From contig CAJVPI010000342.1 of the NCBI GenBank assembly GCA_910592345.1, positions 1-34,366 of the forward strand: a stretch of DNA of 34,366 nucleotides, given 5' to 3'. The notes beneath the pieces are model-generated. The model searched no databases, was not told the origin of the DNA, and worked only from the letters and a program-made list of their open reading frames with translations. The translations under genes and the position numbers were made by a program. Numbering within the stretch: position 1 is the first letter of the stretch; the number at the start of each line of letters is the position of its first letter. The DNA comes from Paraglomus brasilianum (Eukaryota). Below, in pieces: positions 22,490 through 33,428 of this stretch.

Positions 22490-25400
22490 TCAATTATCGG
22501 GAGTAGAACGGTCATCCTGCAGATGACCGCCGAAATGTAAAGGTGTACCGTTATCTTCAGTGCCAAAATCCGCCTGATGTTCATATAGTGCTTCTTCTAT
22601 CCTTACTATTTCTTCGGTCAGATACTGGTTAGGGTGAAAATCAAGTATTTGTCCAGGAAAAACAGTGCCCTCAAGAAATGTTGCTGTTGAGTTCCGACTA
22701 TAATCTTCATCTTCAATCATAACTTGCGAAGCAGGTTCTTCATCGGAATCATCAATGACTACTGCATTTTCTACACTGTCACCAATCGCATCTTCGTGAT
22801 CCATCGACTCGTCATCATCATCTTCTTCTTCATCTTCTTCATCATCTTCTGCTTCGTCTTCCACATCCATATCATTTTTATCGATTTCGTAATAACTGTC
22901 TTCGTGTATTAACTCTTCCTCTTCTGTTTCTACGTTGTGTTCAACTTCTTTTCCCTCGTCGTTATCATACTGCTGATCATCGTCTTCCCTCTCTATTCGT
23001 TCTATCCGGTCTTCTTCCTCAAAATATCCTTCGTTTTCCGCAGAATCATCGATCCTCTCTACTGGCTTATCGACCTCTTCTTCATCAGGCATCTCCATTG
23101 AAACTCTTTGTTCAACTTCAGAAACTTGTATTGTGGCTGTCGATATGCTAGCAAACTCATTGTTCGTTCCTTCATCCTCATGAACCTGTGAGCTGGTTGT
23201 CGTATTCTCGGTCGTATTCCCCAGTGGGGCGGTTTCTGTTGTAACTTGCCCACTTTGAACTTCGACAGAATCGTCAACCATTACGGTTGCCAGAGATGAT
23301 ACTTCTGATACGTCTGGTATTTCGAGAGCACTTGGAGTAAAAGGCAACGGTGTGTCTCCTGATATCACAGGACTAGCTCCTAAATCGCCCATGCTAGCCA
23401 ATATTTCCTGCGTGTCAATTATACCCTCTAATTCTGCAGGTTGTCGTTGTCCATCATTGAGTTCTTGTTCTTCATGATCATCTGACGCTTCAAATACAAC
23501 CTGTTCGTTGTTCGTAGCGACCTGCAGATACGACTGCAAACTTTCATCGGCTTCCTGATTCTGGTCTTGAAGATTTTCGTTAACCGGCGTCAAAACGGTT
23601 TGTCCCTGATCAGACTTCTCAGGCAATTGATGACTCCCCTGATCAGACTGCTCAGGCAATTGGTTACTTCCCTGATCAGACTTCTCAGGCAATTGGTAAC
23701 TCCCCTGATCAGACTGCTCAGGCAATTGGTTACTTCCCTGATCAGACTTCTCAGGCAATTGATGACTCCCCTGATCAGACTGCTCAGGCAATTGGTTACT
23801 TCCCTGATCAAACTTCTCAGGCAAGTGATGACTCCCCTGATCAGACTGCTCAGGCAATTGATGACTCCCTTGATCAAATTGCTCAGGCAATTGGTGACTT
23901 TCCTGATCCACTTCCATAGGTATTGTGACCAGATTACCTACGGTATTCATCTGCCGTGATTCTTCGATTATTTGTGAGCTACTTATGCCTGCAGAAAGTC
24001 TAGTTATGGATTTTGGCTGCACTCGTTCAGTAACGTTAGTAGACTGATTAGTTGTTAGTTTTCGCTTGGGTGATAGTATATTACGAATATTTTCTGCGCG
24101 ATCGTCTTTCTGGAAAACACATAAATTGATACATTTTAGTTGCATTGCTACAATCCCAATCAAGTCAACAGAAAGTTTTCCCCTACCTGTTTCGAATCTT
24201 CTTCCGTGCCAGTAGTAGCTGGATATTTTATAATACACTCTAGAGTTACATGCCAGCCTGGCTTTCTATTTTCTAGTTCTTCTGCTGTAACTTCTTTAAT
24301 TTCTTTGCCGTTTCCTGTGAGCCATGCACACCACCACTGGTGTTGACGTTGAAGATTAAAAACTCGGTCATCCGAATTGTTTGCGACAACAGCGAGTCCA
24401 TCAACTAAAACAACGCCTCTTAATCGATGATCGTTGAGTCCAAGCTCTCTTTGTCTTCTTAGACTTCGGAACATATGTAAAGGCACTCGATTAAAGCAAA
24501 ATCTGCACAAAGCCATTTCTCCAAGCTTTGAGCTATGCAGCTCATAGCCAAATATTGAGAGGCATCCAGCAGCTAGGGCAACCTTTGCATCAACAGGTTT
24601 GTCCAATGAAAGTGCTTGTATGATCGTTTGTATTAATTCCTCAGACTATTATGCAAGATATCAAATATAATAAAGGTAAGTATAACATATAGTAATCAAT
24701 ATATAAACGTCAAGAACATAATTCCGTACAAAGTCAACATCAATGACAGGCAGCTTATCTCCCAATTCTATGAGTGCTGTAGCTCGTTTTCTGAAATCTT
24801 CAAGAATTTCGGATGGATGCATAATCGGGAACTTGTAAATGGAGTCTGCAAACATACATACACTGCGTGTCAGTACGTAGACGCTTACAATTTGTTGGCG
24901 AAAGCAATACACGTACCGTCACATGGTTGATCCCGCCAAGGACAACCAACAATATGTGCAGAATTTAGTTGAAAGACAAATTGATTTTCCATTTGTTCGA
25001 TTTGGGTGTAATAGCCTTCATATAAACAATAATGTTGAGATTCTGCCACAATTTACAACTCGTAAATATCACATAGACAGCTTACTTGGATTACGTCCTA
25101 TTACAGTCTCTGGTTTCGGTAATCGCACCATAAGCTTACTACCACAATACTTGCACTCTAGTACGTCTTGATCTGTATTAATCCAACCATATTTTGCGCA
25201 TTCCAGTGGACCCAAGCAATTTGGCTTGAGCAGCCATGTTAATGTGTGTAAATAGAGAATTAAGGAAAAGTATACGGGATTGAAGAAGCACATACTACTA
25301 TTGATAAGCTAACATGACAGAAAAGGATATATCGAAAGTAGCTACTCGCTTCAGGAAATCATCCCGATCTAGGGGCCTATGAACGGCCTCCAAGGGAAAA

Positions 25401-25619
25401 GACTTGTCCGAAAGCTTTATACGCTTAGGCCTATGAAGAAGATCGTGTCCGTTATAACGGGCCGAGTCATTAATGAAAAGAGATCAGAACAGTCTCTTAC
25501 TCTGGTAATTCAGGAAGATCTCTGTCACGCCGAACCAAAGAAGGCTGTTTCCTGAGTACTGCAAAAGTCTCGTCAAGCTTTTGTTGTACCCTTAGCGCGA
25601 TATCGTCGAATTCATCCAT
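22490..25619 (-). CDS. ZC3HC1/NIPA/Rsm1/Pml39-like zf-C3HC nuclear-basket protein, ~890 aa, 7 exons (25619-25501, 25430-25331, 25245-25086, 25015-24917, 24845-24730, 24645-24187, 24109-22490)
   Basis: RPLDRDDFLKRVATFD|TLTWLLKP..LGPLECAKYGW..LECKYC..HIVGCPW (zf-C3HC) and a second module LSIFGY..LCRFC..FNLQRQHQWWCAW (Rsm1-like); exons sum to 2673 nt in frame; intron 2 is AT-AC. The exon 4 acceptor is uncertain because an alternative in-phase CAG exists. Confidence 0.88.
23603..23908 (-). repeat. Coding 33-bp minisatellite, 9.3 copies (DQGS[H/N]QLPE[Q/K]S)
   Basis: 306 bp = 9x33+9; near-identical units inside the last exon of the ZC3HC1-like gene. Confidence 0.95.
25246..25330 (-). other. U12-type (minor spliceosome) AT-AC intron, 85 nt
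   Basis: 5' end ATATCCTTTT, branch site TTTTCCTTAAT ~14 nt before the terminal AC; removal fuses ATFD to TLTWLLKP in frame. Confidence 0.9.
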
Positions 25620-25934
25620 GACACGGATAGAAGTGAATATATTAATAAGTATACTATTGGAATAATAATAATAATAATTGTTGTCGTGGTAATTTAATTT
25701 AATTGTGCAACGTATCACACACGTGATCTACGAAAATCTGCGGGAAAAATATACACAAACTTCTTTTATTTAATGACCAAAATTGAACTTAATACAATAA
25801 ATGGGTGAAATAGCTGCTTGCCTCAGAACTTTTGAAATCCTTAGATAATCTGAAACAATAATTATTACATTGCACAAACCATAATTGATATAGAATTGTA
25901 ATACGTGTACAGATGCTTAACTTTGTCGAATAGC

Positions 25935-28658
25935 TTAAAACACAGTCAATTGCTCTCGTTCTTCTAAATCAATCTTGAGAAATTTCAAAGTTTCTGACAT
26001 TTCTATGGATTTCTTGAATACGTCACCAAAGTAGTTCTTAGCCTCGCCTGTTTCCTTTAACGCTTCACGCAACCTCTTGCACCTCTTCTCTTGCTCTTGG
26101 ACAGCATCATGGAAACGGATCTGAAGATCATTGGTAATCTTGCGCATCACTTTACGCCCGTAACGAGCTAAACGTTTGCCTTCTTCGTCAGCGTAATTCT
26201 CAGCCATAAGATGCTTGCGAACCTTCTGTCGTACTTTGCCGGTAACAACGCGTTGCATGTCACTGAAGAGGTAGTATGTAGTTCCAGCACCTTTCAAGCG
26301 TAACATATTAAGAAGAATTTGCATTAGATGTGAAATGACGAGCGCAACTAGCAAACAGACTGCTTCATATGGATGTGCAACACCAGTACGTACCTGCTAA
26401 GAGAAGAATTGGGATAGCCAACCTTTTCATGTTATCAAAGCCAACAAAATTTCCAAATCGCCATAAAGTAGTTAAGGCTGATTTATAGCCGAGGTATTTA
26501 CTAGCAACCTGTATAAACGATCATCTTTAGATAACATGTCGTATGTAATTGGTATACGCATTCAATTTCCAACTTACCACCACCAATGCACCGCCCGAAA
26601 GCGTGGCCATCTGTAGTTTATCACTGAGCTTCTCGCCAAGTTTGTCACTGAATTCGAAATCGATATCGAAGAGATCAGTTGGTCCGATGTGTATTAATAT
26701 TTCTGTGGGTTGTCTACCAAATAGCTTGCTAATGTTAACTTGACGAGCTTCTCCGCTTAGTTGATTGGCATCTGCTAGTGATTTAATCTTTTCAGTGCCT
26801 TCAGCGGTCATGTTCTTTGCAAAGTCTTCGTTCTCTCGCGTTGCCTGTTCAATGGAACCAAGTGCTTCGTCTTTGACTTCAAGAACATACTGCCAAACAT
26901 AGAGGATGCTAGACCATTCGCATTTTGTGGGTAACTTATGAACTCCATTGATAGCCTTCTCAAGATTTTCTTTGGTATATTTATGGATATTCGCACTTGT
27001 ATCTTCGGCAATTTTTTCTGCTTCTTCGATGACTTGATTGCGTTTCATGCGTAATGTATCATATAGCGGTTTGGCTTCGTTAAATTCTGAGACAGCGTTC
27101 TGGTATTCTTCCTCAGCCTTGCCATGATTATACTCGGAAAGCACTGTAATGTCGGCAAGAACGTTACTCAAGTAATGCTCAGCGGGAGCTAATTTTGATT
27201 TTGATCGTTTCTTCAATACAAAGTTGCGCAAGTCTTCCTCCATTTTCTCAAATTCAGCAATCTTTTGATCGTAGGGATTGTCGAGGTTGATGGAATTGGC
27301 GCTTACGAAATGAACGAGATGTTCATTGTGCTCGTAAGTCCTCGGTGATATTTGCTGAATCTGATCCAAGATTATTTTCTCGCATTTTTTCTTGTTTTTG
27401 ATTTCATCAAACTTATTGACGATTATGAACAGATAAGCTTTCTCATTGGAAGCATTTCGTAGGAATTGATTGGCCTATAATGGGATAATTATTATTAATA
27501 ATCAATTACCATTTATTAAATAAATAAACTAAAACTGTAAGCAGATTGTAAACTTGCCGAAAGAGTGAAATGGTTCTCCGCACTGACAACGAATACAATT
27601 ACATCGATTTCTTCTTGCCTTGCAAAAACGGCCATTGTTTTTAATGAATCACTATTAAGTCCAGGACAATCGACCAACGCAATATCCACAACTCCATTAT
27701 GGAGCAGACTTTCTTCCGAAATGCGACGGTCACGACAATAAATTTTCAATTGTTTATAGATGTCACCGTGCTCAGAAACAGTTTCATATAGGTCAGCATA
27801 TTGTATTTCAGTGAAAGTTGCAGGGTCTTCCCGATTATAAGATTCAATATTTTTGATAGCATGAATAGCTTCGACTCCACCATTCTCACGAGCATCCAAG
27901 ACTTCACAGAACATTGTTGTGCATGGTTGCTGGTCTACAGGTAACACTTGTCGTCGAAGGAGAGCATTTACCAAAGTACTCTTTCCAGCATTGAGGTCGC
28001 CAGCAACCAAAACTTTTGAACTTTTATCGGCAATTCGAGCGTGGAGATTCGTCAGATGTTTTAGACTCTTATCGATGCGTTTGTTAAGAAGCTCAGCAAT
28101 GGAACTTTTTTCGAGACTTTCCATAATTTCCTCTGTCGATTGATGGTCGTGTGATTTCATTTCCAGCTTGAGCACATTTAGGCGGGTATGAAACTCGAGG
28201 GTATCTACGCTCGTCACAAGTCGGCTGTCTTCATCCATAATGTCGGAATCTCCGTTGTGTGGGGCAGAAAAACTGTTTGACCTTTTTAAAGGATAACGAG
28301 CGTTACCTTTTTCCGAGAATGACTGAGCGCGCTGGATTTTTGGCGAAGTCTGGTGTGGATACAGAATAAGCCAGCGATCGTTATTCTCGCGAAGGCCTTT
28401 TAAGAGAGCAGAAGTGCCACCGAGCAGATTCATCAGTCGGTTGCACTTGCCAGCGTAAGCATGTTGGTCAACTCCCACTGACGAGCGTTCAAGTCCGCCC
28501 ATCTCGGAGCTCTCGGGCGACGAGACGAGGGGAGGATAGCTGGCTGTCAATCTACCCCCTGACAGGCTCGATCTTCCATTAGCTATAGAAGTGGGACTCT
28601 CAGCAGCCAGAGAATGCCGACGTGCAGCACGGGTATCATTGTTAAACGAAGCAGACAT
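25935..28658 (-). CDS. FZO1: Mitofusin / transmembrane GTPase Fzo1, 822 aa, 4 exons (28658-27558, 27474-26578, 26508-26394, 26290-25935)
   Basis: Dynamin-like GTPase motifs GDLNAGKS, PCTT, DCPG, NKFD; Fzo1-typical RQEEIDVIVFVVSAENHFTLSA..EKAYLFIIVNKFD; C-terminal hydrophobic segments and a coiled coil; 2469 nt in frame. Confidence 0.93.
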
Positions 28659-29339
28659 AATGGGTGATGGGCGTCTGCGTAGTACTTCGGTTCTTCTCTA
28701 CGGGAAAAAGTCAGAATGCAATTTTTTTTGATACTGGATTTGGGGCATCACGAGTGAAACAGATGATTTGTAAGATGAGATGAATCAAGTGCACAAAGCG
28801 GTGCACGTTGCAATCACATGCGACTCCGATTACTGGAATTTCAATTTAGGCAAACAATGATGTCAATTAACAAGGAGCGGTCGTTTCCCCAAATATCCCC
28901 CATATTGAAGCGGTGTAACAAACCTAAAAGTCTAATGACAAAATTACGATTTAGCTTATATTAATGCTTGGCTTTTGTATATAGCATGGTAGAATGTTTC
29001 TATCTCCATTAGTTTGTGAGCGAAATCAACATTCCTTCAGAATAAGATTTGGCAGCATCTTAATCTTGTTGATGATTATGTCGGATAATCTTTACACATT
29101 GCCTAAAATATTTACGGTAAATTTCCAAATGCAATTTGTGGAACAGGCAGTATCAAATATTTACAGGGTCTTATTTATTAAAAACTGTATCTAACCCTTG
29201 TTGCTGACTAGAAAGTCCTAACCGAGAAATTACACTATCCTTTCTAAAATGCATTATCTGCGACTAATATATCAGTGTTGGCGACGCAGGTTAAATCCTG
29301 TATATCAGAGATAAGATTGTTTGCCTTTAAGGTTATGCG

Positions 29340-31125
29340 GTGGTTACTGAAATCAGATATGGAGGAAGCTGAATTAAATGCTCTGGAATCTTACTTACGA
29401 TTGAAAATAGTCATATTTGCCAAATAAAGGTGTAATTGCCGATTCAGATGGTAGTGTCGAGTCAACAGTCGCAGGAGAAGAATTTAGTTACCTCTCGAAC
29501 GAAGCTGTGGCTTCACCTACTTTAAAGATAACGACAGTTAAGACCTCTAACTAGACTTTTCTACCTGGTGTAGATCGATGGACAGTAATCCTCGACGGTT
29601 ATTCACCGAGTTAATTGACTATGCCTTTCTGATGGGATTAATTCAGAAGCCTATAGGTTGGGATATACTTGTATCTACTCAAACATACGTCTCATGTTAA
29701 GCGAATAACAATCGTAATGCCACGACAATATCCACGGGACAAGAGGCGGATATTCTAATCGATATAGGGATTGGCGGTTTCACGACTATACCGATAATTA
29801 CAAAGTACGAATAATTCATAATGTATAAAGAATTACTCGTTTATTATTAGGAAGGATATTAATTGAACATGACGTGAACACTAAGTCGAACATTTTGGGA
29901 CCTTATGAATTCTACTGGAAAGTCGCGCTTCTTGTATATCTAATTAAAATACTGATGTTCAATTTTTGACAACGTATGCTGCTGAATTTCTTACTAAGAT
30001 CGTAAATTGTGTACTAGTACGCGGCTTGTGTAATAGTACTGACCGATCTGAGCTGAAATTGAATGAGATAGCATCGCCTGACATAGCGACATTCTCCGAT
30101 CAAAGGAGGAATATACGTCATAATTAATATTAGTCTCCACAGTAAGAATGTTATATTATTGTAAGAACTAATGAACGGCTTTGGAGGAATACTGTGCTAC
30201 CAGATGGTGTGTTCCTTATGGAAGATTAGTGCAATGGATCGAAGCTTCTTATACGGAACTGTTACTCGCAAACATGATGTCGCACAATACGTACCCAGAA
30301 AGACATAGGCTCTTCTAGATTCGATATAAATACCTAAATTTGCTATCAATTTATCTGATGATAATGTGCAAAAGAGAGATATTCAGAAATTCGACGTGAC
30401 GTTAAATAATCGCGATAACTTCCTTCTAGTTAATGCACAAGTTTTGACGCTTAGATATAAGGCTTATATGGTCAGACTTTACCCAATACTTCATGCCAAT
30501 TGGGGTTCGCGAAGACATTATTAGCTTTCCAATACAAGATAAGAAAAATAATGAAGCAAAGAGTTCATGCTAGAATTACTCAAACCCTTAGTAAAAAAGT
30601 GGGGCATCGGTGTTACGAAAAATTACCTTTATTTATTATTATTTTATTGTTTCGAAAAAAAATTTTTTATAAAAATAATTTTAATTAAATTAAAAGATGG
30701 TAGACTAATAACCATTTTTCAAGATGTGGCCAGTAGAAATCCACTTTTGATTAACAGGCAAGATCAAAGAGACAAGCCTGTAGCCTTATCCGAAGTAGAT
30801 ACATCAAAACAGGACTATAACTAGGATCACAGAATTAGAAGAATCAGCAAAAGAAAACGCAGAGAACGCAAATTTAAGAGATGCAATGCTAGAATTCTCA
30901 TGGGAAATGTAAAAAAGTACCGCGATAGAAGACCAAAATAACCATTAATGAAGACGTTGCTACAGCTGTAAATTACTCAATCACTTATACTCTTGCCAGC
31001 CGACACGAGCTATAAGTCAGTCTATCGCAATTTTATCGCAGGACACTTAAATATGATGCATTCCGCACGTTGTGGTATCAGTTAACGCCTTATATTCAAC
31101 TTATGAGTCCAAGAAAGAACAGGTT
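29340..31125 (+). pseudogene. Decayed protein-coding sequence of unknown origin
   Basis: Successive 30-60 aa protein-like plus-strand stretches broken by stops and frameshifts (MDSNPRRLFTELIDYAFLMGLIQKPIGWD; YRDWRFHDYTDNY; SRFLYI*..NTDVQFLTTYAAEFLTKIVN; PKFAINLSDDNVQKRDIQKFDVTL). No family recognised. Confidence 0.4.
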
Positions 31126-31127
31126 TA

Positions 31128-31435
31128 CAGTGTGTTTCAAAAAAATGGTGGTAACAAAAAATTATGTCTACAACCATATAACATAATTAGATAAATTTAG
31201 GCTTATTGAAAGGTTATAAGCTGCTTTATTAATATAAAAAATTTTTAATATGTAATTCTATCGCCGTTGTGTATTGCACATCCCCGTTTCATAGATGAAC
31301 TATTATTTTGTACTATTTCTTGAGAAAATTTTCCCCCTCTTTATCATAATTGCTTCAATTCATTTACATCTTTGGGCATTCTTTTTCAACATTGTTCTTT
31401 ATAATAAACCACATATTTTCTATTGGGTTAAGGTC
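31128..31435 (-). mobile_element. Right end of a Tc1/mariner (DD34E-type) transposon: transposase C-terminus plus TIR
   Basis: Minus strand reads DLNPIENMWFIIKNNVEK/MPKDVNELKQ...SSMKR...NGDRITY* (31435-31245, frameshifted), followed by a Tc1-like terminus TA|CAGTGTGTTTCAAAAA at 31126-31145. Confidence 0.85.
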
Positions 31436-32438
31436 TACAAAAACAAACTTCTAAATTACTTCCTTAATCAATTTTTTTTTGAAAATTAATAAACGAAATA
31501 AAGCAAATTTGCTGATACAAACACGCTCAATAGAAGGTTAATAACCATAAATAATTGTTTTTGTTTTGTAAGCAACACGTTTTTTTACTTATTAATAACA
31601 TTCGATTCCTTTGTTATTATATTTATCATTAGTAAACTAGTAGTTTTTATACTCTGAACCACATTATTTCCCTCGTAATATTCAATATAGCTGAGAAACC
31701 GCTATTCCTATATCGAAGAGAAATATTTATTATGCAATCGTAAAGTAAAAACATTGATTTTTGGATTCATTCTTCATCACTCTCGTTAATACCGTCGATA
31801 AGAAGTGGATGAAACTAAGGTTTTAGTTCTTACAGGAGTGTCGGAAATTTCTTCAATTGGAAGATTTCGAACAGGCACGGGCTCTGCTTTTTAAATACCA
31901 TCCATGGTGAAGAGTTGGGCAAGAAAATCTTGCCTTATTGGCCGACTGCATAGGACATTTGCGGAAAGAATTGTTTTCATCCGGGCCGGTGCTGCAATAG
32001 TATCAAACTTTCATAAACGTTAAATAATGCACTCTGTATATATTCAAATGATTTACAGCCATCAGTAAACGTGCACACTTTTATTATCTTTTTAACTCGA
32101 CCATATTGACATATATGGAAGCATAATTGGAAGAGAAGTAATCCATTCTAGATAATTCAGATTTAGTATAATAATAAGTGTGATAAAGACCCACAGACGT
32201 ACAAAAATTAGCACTATAAATAAAGGTATTAACTCCAAAACCACCGATTTAATTTCCTTCCTATTCCTTGAATAGAATTCGTACAACCTGTAAATAACCG
32301 TGAATCATAAATTTATTCAAAGATGTTTGAGTCACAAAGTCACAAGCAGTGGACAATGTTAATATTGTAAATTGACTTCATTTATATGAACAGACTAATT
32401 TTGTCTTCGCAACCGCCATGAAGTCCGAACTACCTCCC

Positions 32439-33428
32439 TTACTCCTCATCAACCTCCCCTAACTCTACCTCTAAACTTGGCAAGTTGAAATCTGATAAGG
32501 GAGGTAACTGATGATAGCTATTGCTTGGTTTAGGCAGATTTCCAGTAGGTAAGAGCGTACTAGAATATTTGCTCTCCTTCTCAAGACGCGATAAGGGTTT
32601 TACATCATTATGATATATGGTATTCCACGTGTTGTCATCAGAATGGTTCTTATCTAACTCTTCAGTAAACATGTAAATATTTATCCAAAGTGTGTTTGCA
32701 TCTGGACGCTTATCAGGATCAGCATCACAACACTGCTCGGCAAGTTTCTTGTATTCCTCTGGTGCGGATTCTGGCATCGATGGTCGTAGTCCGCCCATAA
32801 TGTTGCATACTAAATCTCTGTCGAACTGCCTATCTCTAAAAGGTGATTCACCAGTGGCCATCAAATACATAATGATACCAAAAGAATATATGTCCGATTT
32901 CTGAGTAAATTTGCGGGTATGGAAGACTTCCGGTGCAATAAAGGGTAAAACACCATGAATGGTTGAATTTGATTTACGTGAGTTCACTGATTGAGAAAAA
33001 CCAAGATCGCATATCAATGATCTTGTCTCATCATCGTTATCATGCAAAACAATGTTTCCGCCATGAAGATCACGATGCACTAATCCCATGCGATGGATAA
33101 TATCCATATAAAGTGTAATTCTATGCAAATGCTCTAATTTCTTCCTCCACGTCAATTTGTTAATATTCTGATCCAAATAAGACAAAAGACTACCATTGTT
33201 AGCATATTGCATAACAATCATGTACTCTTTTGTTTCTGGGTCTTGTGTGACTCCATGAATGTTAAGGAAAGACGCATACGACGAACATTTGGCATGATTT
33301 CTGAACTATTAAATAAAATACATAGTAATAGTCAAATTAAATATCACTTTAATTAATAACATCAACAATTGCTTACCTCGGAAATAAATAATTCCGGCAT
33401 TTCATCAAAAACTCTTAAACCGTTTGAA
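32439..33428 (-). pseudogene. 5'-truncated, probably frameshifted TKL-type protein kinase
   Basis: C-lobe intact (HGVTQDPETKEYMIVMQYA, HRDLHGGN, ICDLG, APE, SDIYSFG, DPDKRP); GT-AG intron 33376-33306 after ..MPELFISE; upstream KRFKSF is out of frame by one extra T, and no Gly-rich loop is found further upstream. Confidence 0.75.

Noticed and set aside
23603..23908. CRISPR-like array
   Set aside because: Head-to-tail repeats with no unique spacers, coding, in a eukaryotic context with no cas genes.
23567..23959. Alternative-frame and antisense ORFs (LIRLLRQL repeats)
   Set aside because: By-products of a stop-free 33-bp repeat inside a real exon.
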